Shown: piece after piece, positions 19,383 to 29,031 of the stretch
Layout: each line of letters opens with the position of its first letter
Position numbering within the stretch: the first letter of the stretch is position 1
IMG/VR virus record: IMGVR_UViG_3300028886_000031
Location: 1 to 64,000 of that record
From: a virus
Taxonomy: Duplodnaviria > Heunggongvirae > Uroviricota > Caudoviricetes
Length of the DNA stretch: 64,000 bases
Reading direction: 5' to 3' (one strand)
The notes under the pieces: generated by a model
What the model was told of the DNA's origin: nothing
The model's database searches: none
The model's input: the letters and a program-made list of their open reading frames with translations, nothing else
Program-made: the position numbers and the translations under genes

Positions 19383-20291
19383 ATGACTGATATTGATATT
19401 ATGTCTGAGTTGGCAACTGGAAATATTTCTTTAGATAATACAGATACAAATACAGAAAATGCTGAAGCAACTACGGAGCAGAACACAACACAGCCTGCTC
19501 AAGCCAACAGTAGTACGAATTACAGCTTCCAGTTTACAAAAGATAACTTCGTAAAGTTTAGCAATACTCTAGCTCTTATACAGAATATATGTAACGATTG
19601 TACAATTAGTAACGGAAAGATACGTCAGCGTACAAATGATAAGCATAGTCTTATAGAGATGGATCTTACATCTGTATTTGGTGAACGTGATATTAAGTTT
19701 GATAATCTCAAGAATAGATTGTCACTTCTCGGAACGTTTACTTTGTCTGATATGTCAGCAGAGAACAATATTCTCGTTCAATCAAATGATTCTAATTTTG
19801 AGTTTTCTGATGCTCTATCGAAACTTATTATTAGACGACCGATGGATATATATCTAGACAATCCTTATGTTCCGGATGATGAGTATCAGAACAGAATGAT
19901 TAGTGGATGTACTCAGGATAATGTTCTTTTTACACATTCGTTTACAACAATTGAAAAGAAGAGAATTTCGAAGGTTTGTGAGTTGTTTGGAACAAACAAT
20001 GTTATTTTTGAGTTCTATGGAGATACTTGCAAGTATCTAATTAGAGACTCTGCAAAGAACAATAGTTCGGAAACATCACAGACAATTGCACTATGTCATA
20101 GTCTAAATGATAAGAAAAGTGCTCTGAGATCACTTCCATTCAATTTGGATACTCCGTCTAGTTTGGAAATGACGTGTTATGATATTGGTGGCGGTGCTTG
20201 CATTTTCATGTGTGAATTGAATTATTATGGTATTCCGATTAAGATTTTTACGAAGGAAAGAGCTGTCAGTCTAAGTGGTGATGAAGATTAA
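19383..20291 (+). CDS. probable sliding clamp (gp45/PCNA fold)
   Basis: ~255-aa core after a low-complexity N-terminus; FSNTLALIQNICNDCTISNGKIRQRTNDKHSLIEMDL resembles a clamp N-terminus; located in the replisome cluster with a clamp loader; strong SD. Confidence 0.5.
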   Translation: MTDIDIMSELATGNISLDNTDTNTENAEATTEQNTTQPAQANSSTNYSFQFTKDNFVKFSNTLALIQNICNDCTISNGKIRQRTNDKHSLIEMDLTSVFGERDIKFDNLKNRLSLLGTFTLSDMSAENNILVQSNDSNFEFSDALSKLIIRRPMDIYLDNPYVPDDEYQNRMISGCTQDNVLFTHSFTTIEKKRISKVCELFGTNNVIFEFYGDTCKYLIRDSAKNNSSETSQTIALCHSLNDKKSALRSLPFNLDTPSSLEMTCYDIGGGACIFMCELNYYGIPIKIFTKERAVSLSGDED

Positions 20292-20317
20292 TACAGTTGG
20301 GTATTAATTGATACGTT

Positions 20318-20367
20318 AAGTGACTCATACTAATAAATCATGATATATTAGTATGAGTCACTTTTTT
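20318..20367 (+). terminator. intrinsic terminator
   Basis: 18-bp perfect inverted repeat AAGTGACTCATACTAATA / TATTAGTATGAGTCACTT followed by a T run. Confidence 0.8.
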
Positions 20368-20393
20368 ACACGAAAAAGAGAAAAGGAATAGCA

Positions 20394-21794
20394 ATGATAA
20401 CCGATTATTACAATCGCGGATATGGAAATTATGTAGTAGCCAGCGGTGATTGTATAGTTAATTTCTTTGGACGTTTTCTGAAGAATCACAACGATCAAAA
20501 TGTTTTTGATGTTCCAAAATTAAAGAAGTTTATGTTAAATAACGTAAATAGACTTCTATATTCCTTTGGATCTGGTTTAACTAGCAAATCACATACAATA
20601 TCTGATAGCCGAATAGATAAGATTACAAAAGTTGTGGATTCTATGAGGGAATGCCCTTTTACGAATGAGGCAACAATCTTTATAGACTCTGGTGGTTTCC
20701 AGTTGTGTATGGGATATATGGATATAGAGAATATTCCAAAATATTGTGATATTTATAGTGCTTTTATAGAGCGAGAATACAAAAAGTTCACAATGGCTTA
20801 TAGTCTGGATATTCCCGTTGTTAAGAATGGAATCTTTAGAACTTATAGACAGTTGGAAGAGTACAATAAATTAACATATGAAAGATTTTCCAAATTTCCA
20901 CAGGAGATTAAGGATAAAATTTTCTATATCCATCATTTTATTACTCCTAGACTTTATCATATATGGAACAAGTTTATGTGGGAGGATGGATTAGCAGATG
21001 GATTTACGAATTTTTCTGTTGGTGGAATTGTTGCTGGATCTGGTAGTGATCATACTATCCCGCTTGTAACATACTGCATTCCACTAAGTGATATTGTTAA
21101 ATATTGTAAAATTAAAAAGATTAAGAAATTTAACTTCCACCTTCTCGGAGGAGCAAGTTATAGTGATATATTCTATCATCAGATGTTTACAAAGCATATT
21201 AAGACTGTACATGATATCGATGTAAACATTACATATGATAGTAGTACATTGTTTAAGGGACTTGCTGTAGGACGGTTTACTCGTTGTTTTAAGAGTGATG
21301 GAAACATGTATCAAATGGATCTACATAGTGAGTACTTACATTTGAAATATGATAAGGAAAAGACTGTAGAAGATTGTTTATATGGATTTTTGAATGATAT
21401 CTCTGATCATTATGATATGAAACATTTGGATCCTGTTAACTTCCCGATATACCAGAATAATACGTATCATCGTGCTATTCATATGTTCTTGATGATGCAT
21501 GAGATGCGTTTGTTCAGAGAAATTGAAATGATGTGTCAAGATAAAGTGGACGAACTCTATGCTATCTATCAAAGTGGGGATAGAATGGAGTTTGGTGATC
21601 AATGTATTAATTTCATTAAGCGCTTTAACGGCGGAAAGATTTCAGATAAGTTAAATCTTAAATGCAGTAATCTAGATAGATCACTTGATATTCTAACAAA
21701 GTGTGATAGTAACCTCAATAAACATCTCGTAGACAAATATATGGCTAACGATGATGTTGCTGAGATGTTAGACCCACATCATGTTGATATTTAA
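20394..21794 (+). CDS. TGT-fold 7-deazaguanine transglycosylase (DpdA-like)
   Basis: FIDSGGFQ, SLDIP, FSVGG, FHLLGG, TYDSST in TGT order; QueC and QueE nearby. Confidence 0.8.
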   Translation: MITDYYNRGYGNYVVASGDCIVNFFGRFLKNHNDQNVFDVPKLKKFMLNNVNRLLYSFGSGLTSKSHTISDSRIDKITKVVDSMRECPFTNEATIFIDSGGFQLCMGYMDIENIPKYCDIYSAFIEREYKKFTMAYSLDIPVVKNGIFRTYRQLEEYNKLTYERFSKFPQEIKDKIFYIHHFITPRLYHIWNKFMWEDGLADGFTNFSVGGIVAGSGSDHTIPLVTYCIPLSDIVKYCKIKKIKKFNFHLLGGASYSDIFYHQMFTKHIKTVHDIDVNITYDSSTLFKGLAVGRFTRCFKSDGNMYQMDLHSEYLHLKYDKEKTVEDCLYGFLNDISDHYDMKHLDPVNFPIYQNNTYHRAIHMFLMMHEMRLFREIEMMCQDKVDELYAIYQSGDRMEFGDQCINFIKRFNGGKISDKLNLKCSNLDRSLDILTKCDSNLNKHLVDKYMANDDVAEMLDPHHVDI

Positions 21795-21803
21795 GAGGAT
21801 TTT

Positions 21804-23375
21804 ATGGTAACTGAACAGTTTGTTAATGCTTGTTGTAGGATAATTTTATCTGAGAACAAGTCAATACCGACAAATATTGTTAGTGATATTAATGATATTA
21901 TTTCTGATATTAAGGAATCTGATATACCATTGCTATTTAGAAAGAAGTATCAGTTTCTGACAACTCTTATCAGGTTTAAGATGGATGAACCAACTGTAGA
22001 TAAAAATACAATTTTGGATTCCATTTTAACAACTGGTTATTTCAAGGATATAGATCCATATATTAATGGAATAGAACAGAATCCGTTAACGGATGAACAA
22101 GTCGTTAAATGTATAGAGTCTATTTCCCAAAAGAAGAATTTAATTTCTATCGAAAGAAATGGACAGGGTATTGAGAAGTTTCTGGATAAACTTAGAACGA
22201 ATAAGTTTACATCATCCGAGGAAATTACAAAAGAATGGAATGATATAATATCTAATGTACATAGTGATATTATTAGTAAGGATAGAAATAAAAAATTACA
22301 TGATATTACAGATTTAGATTTGTTAAATGATGATTATGGACCAGTGATCAACCAGATTAAGTTAAGTTATTCTGGAGTAAATAGTATTTCTACTGGTTAT
22401 ACAGCATTAGATAATAGAATGTATGGAGGATTTGCACCTTCAAGACTTTATATGTTTTGTGCTCCATCTGGAGGCGGTAAATCCGTTATGTTGATAAATC
22501 TCGTTAAAAATGCAGTAGATAAAAATCTTTCTAGAAAAGATGAAAATATGTCTATTTACGTATATATTTCATTGGAGAATTTAATAGATGAATCACTTAT
22601 AAGATTGTATTCTTGTTTGACAAATAAAGTTACTGATAAAATCATTAAGAATTATGAGGTAGAAAAGAATTTAATATCTGATACAATCAAAGAATGGCTT
22701 ATGAGAAATAATGCCTTAATTAGGTTCAAGTATCTTAAACCACAACAGACGAATTGTTTTGATATATTGAATTATTGTAATGAGGTAAAGTCACAATATC
22801 CAAATTGTAATATTAGGGCAATTTATATAGATTATTTGGATTTAATGAAACCGAATTTCACATCTAAAAACCATGATGCGTATAGATTGGAGCTTGGACA
22901 AGTTTCAATTGATATGAAAACGTTGGCTGTTCTTTTGAGAGTTCCAGTTGTAACTTGTACTCAAGTTAATAGAGCAGCATATGATCCAAAGAATAAGATG
23001 AATTTGTCGAATGTTAGTGAATCCATGAAAAAAGTAGACAATTCTGATTGGATAGCAATGTTACAGCCAAAGGAAGAGGAGTCTGAGAAATCTGGAAGTA
23101 AACAAGTTAATACGGATGTTAAAATAATTGATTGCAAAATTACAAAGTCTAGATTTGGTGATAAGGATTTTTCTGTTCCGTTTAAGGCAAACTTTAGTAG
23201 ATTTAGATTTGAGGAACTTTATAAAGCCAGTGATATAAATATTGATACCGATATAGATACGATTGTACAGCAAAATAACGTTGCTGATAAGATTACAAGT
23301 ATCCAAAATGGTAATTATGATGATAAGACGGAAGAATCTACGGATAGTGGATTTAATCTAGATGGTTTTTATTAA
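21804..23375 (+). CDS. replicative helicase (DnaB / T4 gp41-like)
   Basis: ISTGY, Walker A APSGGGKS, SLEN, IDYLDLM, TQVNR, SES, KSRFG. Confidence 0.93.
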   Translation: MVTEQFVNACCRIILSENKSIPTNIVSDINDIISDIKESDIPLLFRKKYQFLTTLIRFKMDEPTVDKNTILDSILTTGYFKDIDPYINGIEQNPLTDEQVVKCIESISQKKNLISIERNGQGIEKFLDKLRTNKFTSSEEITKEWNDIISNVHSDIISKDRNKKLHDITDLDLLNDDYGPVINQIKLSYSGVNSISTGYTALDNRMYGGFAPSRLYMFCAPSGGGKSVMLINLVKNAVDKNLSRKDENMSIYVYISLENLIDESLIRLYSCLTNKVTDKIIKNYEVEKNLISDTIKEWLMRNNALIRFKYLKPQQTNCFDILNYCNEVKSQYPNCNIRAIYIDYLDLMKPNFTSKNHDAYRLELGQVSIDMKTLAVLLRVPVVTCTQVNRAAYDPKNKMNLSNVSESMKKVDNSDWIAMLQPKEEESEKSGSKQVNTDVKIIDCKITKSRFGDKDFSVPFKANFSRFRFEELYKASDINIDTDIDTIVQQNNVADKITSIQNGNYDDKTEESTDSGFNLDGFY

Positions 23376-23463
23376 TTATATAGAATAAATCCATATTGTT
23401 TAGATACAATATATTTTTGAATAAACATAAACCTATTTTAAAATTAAAAAGGATTTAAGTTAT

Positions 23464-25080
23464 ATGAAGAGAAAAACATCTTATAAACAGATGCTAGTAG
23501 AGTCCTTAATAGATATCTCTAGCATGCAGAATTATAAATCACCTGCAGATAAAGTTCTAAACGCTACAGATGAGAAATATGAGACTTTTAGATCAGCTAC
23601 CTCAGAGGTAGATGTTCTTGGTCGTGCATATGCTGCACAGGATGATGTTGAGAATAACATTATTACTGAAGGCAATGATATGGATAATGAGAACTTGGCA
23701 CAGGGTGAGCCGAATGTCAAGGTTACTCTTCCTGACGGTCATGAGCCACCAATATCAGATGTAGAGGATAACATTGATGAATCAGATCCTGATAAGGAAT
23801 ATCAAGATCCTATTACTAGTGAGAAGGATTTTTCAGAACAACATCTAACAGAAGATGCTGAAGAGCCTTTTGAAGACGGTGAAGAGGAAGACGAAGAGGA
23901 TTTAGATGATGAAGGTAATATAACTGAGCCAACAGATGATATTCCAAACGAGGAGGAATTTCAGAATGCTCAGCCAGAGATAGCAACAGAAGGTGATGAA
24001 GATCTAGGTGATAATCTTCCTGAGGATGAGCCAATGGAAGATGATTTTGAAGAGCCAGTAGATGATGAGGAATTTGATGGTTCAGATCTTCCGGAAGATG
24101 AACCAAATGATGTTATAGATGATGATACAAATGAAGAGGCTGACGGCGAGCCAGTTCAAGAAGGTGTACTTGGTGCCGTAGGTGGCGCCGCAGCAGGAAC
24201 AATGGCTGCTGGTGCTCTTGGATATTCTGGAGTAGCGCCAACAATTGCCGGACTTGCTGGTGGTGCCGCACTAGGCAGTAGCATTCAAAATAAGCTCGAG
24301 GAAGATTTAGAGGAACCAGATGGTGCTGATCTTCCTGAAGATGAGCCTTTTGATAATGCTGAACCAACAAATGATGATGCAGAGTTAGAGGCTGAAGAAG
24401 ATAATACTCCATTGGATGATGAGACGCTTCCTGAAGATGAACCACTCGATGATGAGGAAGATGGTTCTACAGAGGATGATGGCGTAACTCTTGAAGATGA
24501 TGATCCAGATGCACTTGGTGACGATCTTCCAGAAGATGAGCCAGTAGATCCAATTGAATCTGATGGACCAATTGCTGATCCAAATACAACTGGAGAGCTG
24601 AATTCTGGTGAGGATGAAATTGAAGAACCAGAACCATTAGAGGAATCTTTTTTGGTCGAGGATGTAACAATGGATCCTAATGCCAACCTCGGTGCTGGTG
24701 CAGCTCCTGTTCCACCACCAGCAACAGCTGTTCCACCAGCAGGAGATCCTAACGCAGCACAACCTCCAGCGGATCCCAATGCAGCTGCGGCAGGCGATCC
24801 CAATGCCGCCGCTGATCCTAACGCTGCTCCAGTAGATCCTAATGACCCCAATGCTGCTCCAGTAGATCCTAATGATCCCAATGCTGTAGCAGAAGATCCA
24901 AATGCTGAGGAGCAGGATCCTATTCTTGACGTAGATTCTAATGTCGTGGCAAGTGATACATCAAATCCTCAGCCAACATCAGAGTCTTTGATGGAATCCC
25001 TTATTTCCGAGCTTGGTTCATATGTTGATAATGGAACAAGCGATATTAAGGATCTTCTTGAACAAGATAGTGATGACTAA
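23464..25080 (+). CDS. highly acidic repetitive protein, probable prohead core/scaffold
   Basis: D/E-rich, repeated DLPEDEP and DPNAA; many (I/L/V)xE motifs; upstream of the portal gene. Confidence 0.55.
   Translation: MKRKTSYKQMLVESLIDISSMQNYKSPADKVLNATDEKYETFRSATSEVDVLGRAYAAQDDVENNIITEGNDMDNENLAQGEPNVKVTLPDGHEPPISDVEDNIDESDPDKEYQDPITSEKDFSEQHLTEDAEEPFEDGEEEDEEDLDDEGNITEPTDDIPNEEEFQNAQPEIATEGDEDLGDNLPEDEPMEDDFEEPVDDEEFDGSDLPEDEPNDVIDDDTNEEADGEPVQEGVLGAVGGAAAGTMAAGALGYSGVAPTIAGLAGGAALGSSIQNKLEEDLEEPDGADLPEDEPFDNAEPTNDDAELEAEEDNTPLDDETLPEDEPLDDEEDGSTEDDGVTLEDDDPDALGDDLPEDEPVDPIESDGPIADPNTTGELNSGEDEIEEPEPLEESFLVEDVTMDPNANLGAGAAPVPPPATAVPPAGDPNAAQPPADPNAAAAGDPNAAADPNAAPVDPNDPNAAPVDPNDPNAVAEDPNAEEQDPILDVDSNVVASDTSNPQPTSESLMESLISELGSYVDNGTSDIKDLLEQDSDD
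24823..24882 (+). repeat. 30-bp tandem repeat encoding AAPVDPNDPN
   Basis: GCTGCTCCAGTAGATCCTAATGA(C/T)CCCAAT x2. Confidence 0.9.
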
Positions 25081-25108
25081 TATCTATTAGTTAGATAATA
25101 GTTAAATT

Positions 25109-25141
25109 TCCCACATGGGTCTATTAAAGATCCATGTGGGA
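25109..25141 (+). terminator. stem-loop after the acidic head-protein gene
   Basis: TCCCACATGGGTCT-ATTAA-AGATCCATGTGGGA; no clear U tract. Confidence 0.55.
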
Positions 25142-25168
25142 GACTATTACGAAAAAATTATAAAAAGT

Positions 25169-25399
25169 ATGAATAGTCTATTAAAGGTTGTTATATATCT
25201 CAAGGATGTAACAAAACCGATTGTACTGACTTGTTCTCAAAAAGAATCAGATAATAGAGAAAAACTTATAAAAATGCTAGAAGATTTTTCGGTTGGACGT
25301 CTAGGGATTTTGAAATTTGACAGTGGTGATGTTTTTATGTGTACATCTCCAGAAAATATAAAATCTATTTTAATCACAACGGATAAAAGCAATGGTTAG
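25169..25399 (+). CDS. hypothetical protein
   Basis: ORF-track start (25115) lies inside the hairpin; ATG at 25169 preferred. Confidence 0.5.
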   Translation: MNSLLKVVIYLKDVTKPIVLTCSQKESDNREKLIKMLEDFSVGRLGILKFDSGDVFMCTSPENIKSILITTDKSNG

Positions 25400-25793
25400 T
25401 CAAATATTGTGGATTTCTTGTATATTAGCAAGTATTTTTTATATTTTTCATAAAATTGAAAAAATTTCAATTATCAAAAAGTATAAAGATACAGATGTTA
25501 TTACACTATTTGAATACTTTTTAAGTAAAGCATATGATGTAATATATGAAAATGATTTAATTACTTATGTTACAAATGGAACTCAGCCATTATCTAACGA
25601 AAGAGAGACATTAGAAAGAAATTACATAAAGTCTTGTCTTTTATATATGGGAAAAAGAAATTTAAAGATATTTAAAGAGTTCTTTGGTGATCATGAAACA
25701 CTAGTAATTAACATTATTAGATATATGCGTAAAAAATTTAATGAAGATGGACTTGTTAAGATAATCAATCAAAAACAGTCTGAGGAACAATAA
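25392..25793 (+). CDS. hypothetical membrane-anchored protein
   Basis: N-terminal hydrophobic helix ILWISCILASIFYIF. Confidence 0.6.
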   Translation: MVSQILWISCILASIFYIFHKIEKISIIKKYKDTDVITLFEYFLSKAYDVIYENDLITYVTNGTQPLSNERETLERNYIKSCLLYMGKRNLKIFKEFFGDHETLVINIIRYMRKKFNEDGLVKIINQKQSEEQ

Positions 25794-25806
25794 TTAAGAG
25801 TGAAAT

Positions 25807-27975
25807 ATGGCTTTAAATATAGTAAATCAGATTAAAGATACAATACTTGGTGTTAAATCTAATAAGATAGATGCCATAATAGATGATTCGTTAAGTAAGA
25901 TTGATAGGTATAGTGCCTCTGAAGATAGAAATAAGTATCTTGATTCTATGAAGAGGTTAATCTCTCAATCTGGAGCTGATGGAAATGGACTTTTAAGCAG
26001 TTTAAGCACAGGATCACCACAAGTACAACAGTATGATAATTCAGGAAGAATTGCTAGGTATAATGAATATGATGCTATATGTGCCAAGATTCCTTATTGT
26101 GAAAGAGCATTACAATGTTGGGTAGATCATATTGTTTCGCCAGATGAGATTCTTAAAACAAGCTTGCAAGTTACTTGTGAGGATAAGAGTTCGTCTAAAG
26201 ATGCTGAGATAACAAGAGCTATTGGTAGAATTAATACTTTATGTAAACACTTTGATATAGAGAATAAGATAAGAAATATTGTTAAAACGACTTTAAAGAA
26301 GGGTGATAACTTTCTAGAGTTTGTCAAAACTCCACATGGTGCTAATACTTTAGTTGTTCTAAATGAGGGTTTTGATCCAGCTGGTTATGAACAGACTCAA
26401 TCTATTCTCAAGAAAGATTATACATTATTAGAGGAAAAATCTATAGTTAACGGAAAAGGTAGAGAGGTAATAAAGAAGAAGGTAAAGATTGTAATAGATG
26501 AGGCATATTCTTCTTACACTCTTGGCGGTGTATTCTCTACATTGGGGACAAATGTATCTGGTCCAAATTATCCAAATGTAGCAGCTCCAACAGCAACGGA
26601 TATAAGTGGAATTGTTGGAAACATGCAATCTAAAGCAAATGGATCTATTGTTAATTCCCCAATAAAACAAGGCGAGCATGTTCCAAGTGATAAGTTCAAA
26701 AGCAAATTTGATGAAATAGAAAAAGAAGCAAATATTAACGATGATGAAGAAAGTGATTTAACAAAGATCGGCGATTTATCACTTGTAGTACATGATCCAA
26801 AATATGTTATTAAATTGGAAACTGCTAGATTTAGAGTATGTCTCGGATATCTTATATTTCCGAAAGTGGATCTAATTAACATACAGAGCGGAGTTGTTAA
26901 CAACATAGATGCTATGTGTGCTCAACTCTTAAATGATGTCAAACAAAAATTATCTTCTAAGATTAAAACAGACGATAAGATTGTAATTACAGATGATATT
27001 AAGAAAGTACTTCTGGTGCATCTTCAGCATATTGATAAAAATGACGATTTAAAGATTAGATATGTTAACCCAGATCTAATTCAACATTTTAAACTTCCTT
27101 CTGTAAAATATTATCCATACGGTGAATCTATATTTGATTCTGTGTTATTTGAATGCAGATTGTATATGGCACAGAAAATAGCTACGTTGGTTAAGCAAAT
27201 TAATGCCTCTACAGATAAACGATTTATTAGTTTGGAAATTGGACTTCCGAGAGATGCCAAGAATATTATAGAACAGATGAAGGAACAGATTAATAAAAAG
27301 AGAATTACTGTAGATAGTCTTGGTAATACAGATACGATTCCTTCTCAAATTTCCACTTGGGAAAACATCTTTATACCTATGAAAGATGGTAAGAAGTATG
27401 TAGAAATTGACCATCAACAATGGAGTCCAAACGCTAATGAGGATACAGAGGCATTAAAGAATGCTGCTAACGAAATAGTTGGTAATCTTGGTGTTCCAGC
27501 ATCTTATCTAAACATTACAGAACAAGCTGGAAATAGAGCAACTTTAACTGCCGAATCCATTAACTGGGCTAGATGTATTATTGCTAGACAACAGGATTTG
27601 GAACCATGTCTGTTTGGATTTTTCTATAAGGCTTATTGTCTTGTGTGGGGCGTAAAGAGTGCCGACATTCTTAGAAAAATAAGAATTACATTCCAGATAC
27701 CAAGAATAGCACCAATGACAAACAATATTGAGTTTATAGAGAACTCATCAAGAGCAATTGAGGCACTTGCTGCTCTTGGTCTAAGTAAAGAATATCTTAA
27801 GAAACAATATATGCCGTACATCGATTGGGATGACGCTGAATCCGATAGTGTTAAACAGAAGATCAAGCAGGAAACTGGTGATGAGCAATCTGAAAATGAT
27901 ATGATGGGTGGAATGGGAATGATGCCGACCGGAGGTGGAATGGACATGGGAATGGGCGGTGGAGGAATGATGTAA
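25807..27975 (+). CDS. portal protein (T4 gp20-like)
   Basis: RYNEYDAI, YPYGESIF, KRFISLEIG, ENIFIP...EID, LGVPASYL; Gly/Met-rich tail. Confidence 0.85.
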   Translation: MALNIVNQIKDTILGVKSNKIDAIIDDSLSKIDRYSASEDRNKYLDSMKRLISQSGADGNGLLSSLSTGSPQVQQYDNSGRIARYNEYDAICAKIPYCERALQCWVDHIVSPDEILKTSLQVTCEDKSSSKDAEITRAIGRINTLCKHFDIENKIRNIVKTTLKKGDNFLEFVKTPHGANTLVVLNEGFDPAGYEQTQSILKKDYTLLEEKSIVNGKGREVIKKKVKIVIDEAYSSYTLGGVFSTLGTNVSGPNYPNVAAPTATDISGIVGNMQSKANGSIVNSPIKQGEHVPSDKFKSKFDEIEKEANINDDEESDLTKIGDLSLVVHDPKYVIKLETARFRVCLGYLIFPKVDLINIQSGVVNNIDAMCAQLLNDVKQKLSSKIKTDDKIVITDDIKKVLLVHLQHIDKNDDLKIRYVNPDLIQHFKLPSVKYYPYGESIFDSVLFECRLYMAQKIATLVKQINASTDKRFISLEIGLPRDAKNIIEQMKEQINKKRITVDSLGNTDTIPSQISTWENIFIPMKDGKKYVEIDHQQWSPNANEDTEALKNAANEIVGNLGVPASYLNITEQAGNRATLTAESINWARCIIARQQDLEPCLFGFFYKAYCLVWGVKSADILRKIRITFQIPRIAPMTNNIEFIENSSRAIEALAALGLSKEYLKKQYMPYIDWDDAESDSVKQKIKQETGDEQSENDMMGGMGMMPTGGGMDMGMGGGGMM

Positions 27976-27976
27976 T

Positions 27977-28426
27977 ATGAAAGTTATAGATAGATTTCTA
28001 CAAGAAGATATGTTGGTTATTAGACCAGCAATCTTTATTTATGTAGATAAAGAAAAATGTCACGATCTCACAGCAAGGGGAATTTTATTAGATAAACCAT
28101 ATATTTCATGTTATCTAAAAAGATTACCTGACAATGAACAATATCAGGGATTCCTGGAAAAATGCAATCCTGTTAGAATAACGCTTCATGCCTTAAAGAA
28201 GATTAAAGACCAAAAAGTACAATTAAAGTGTGTAAATATATCTTGTATACCAGAGAATGAGATTAAATTGAATCAAGAACATTTAATCTTGAAGTTACAG
28301 AGACAGTATGCAAATTATTTAAATACATGTTATAAAGACATGGTTCCGTTGGAGAATCTTCCTAGAATAGATTTATATCTAGAAAAGAGATTTCTTCCTG
28401 GTTTTGTTTGTAAGATTTTAAAATAG
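27977..28426 (+). CDS. hypothetical protein (possible head protein)
   Basis: Abuts portal; N-terminal FLQE motif. Confidence 0.55.
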   Translation: MKVIDRFLQEDMLVIRPAIFIYVDKEKCHDLTARGILLDKPYISCYLKRLPDNEQYQGFLEKCNPVRITLHALKKIKDQKVQLKCVNISCIPENEIKLNQEHLILKLQRQYANYLNTCYKDMVPLENLPRIDLYLEKRFLPGFVCKILK

Positions 28427-28471
28427 TGTCTATAAATAAATGTTATAGAATGACTATTATCGGAGAAACGA

Positions 28472-29011
28472 ATGATCACTTTTTTAACACATGATAGAGA
28501 GAATATTCTTATAAAGGCTATTTCAACGGAGCAATCTAAGCAAATAGCTGCTGTAGATGGGTCTGATGTATCAAACATCAGTGAGGTTATTAAATATATA
28601 AAAAACAATAATATAAAGAATGTATTTTTATCTCTTTCTTATTACGAGGATGAAAGAAAGCTTTTAGAAAGTATTGCTATTCATAAATCAAACGCTAATG
28701 GAAATATGTTTAAAATTGGATCTGTTACAAATAATAATTCCAATGAAAAAACAGAAAATGAATCTTCGTTAGAAAACGATAAGAAAAATAAAACTTTTGT
28801 ATGTCCAGTTTGTGGAAGTGACGAAGGCTTGGTAGACAAGAATGGAAATACACATCCATGTCTATCATGTTTACAGATAGATATAGGAAAGAAAATTTCA
28901 GAAAAGATAGGTAAAGAGTTTGCGTTAGTTGTGAATAAGAACAATATGATAATAGATGAGTTGATAAAAATCTTTACTCCAAAGAAAGAATCAGACGATA
29001 AACAAGATTGA
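28472..29011 (+). CDS. zinc-ribbon-containing hypothetical protein
   Basis: CPVC...CLSC; TATAAATA at 28431-28438 upstream. Confidence 0.6.
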   Translation: MITFLTHDRENILIKAISTEQSKQIAAVDGSDVSNISEVIKYIKNNNIKNVFLSLSYYEDERKLLESIAIHKSNANGNMFKIGSVTNNNSNEKTENESSLENDKKNKTFVCPVCGSDEGLVDKNGNTHPCLSCLQIDIGKKISEKIGKEFALVVNKNNMIIDELIKIFTPKKESDDKQD

Positions 29012-29031
29012 TATTTAAAAAGGAAATAACA

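Noticed and set aside
23532-24881. Antisense ORFs within the acidic protein, and similar ones in the Gly linker at 38263-38743
   Set aside because: Shadow frames produced by low-complexity codon repeats
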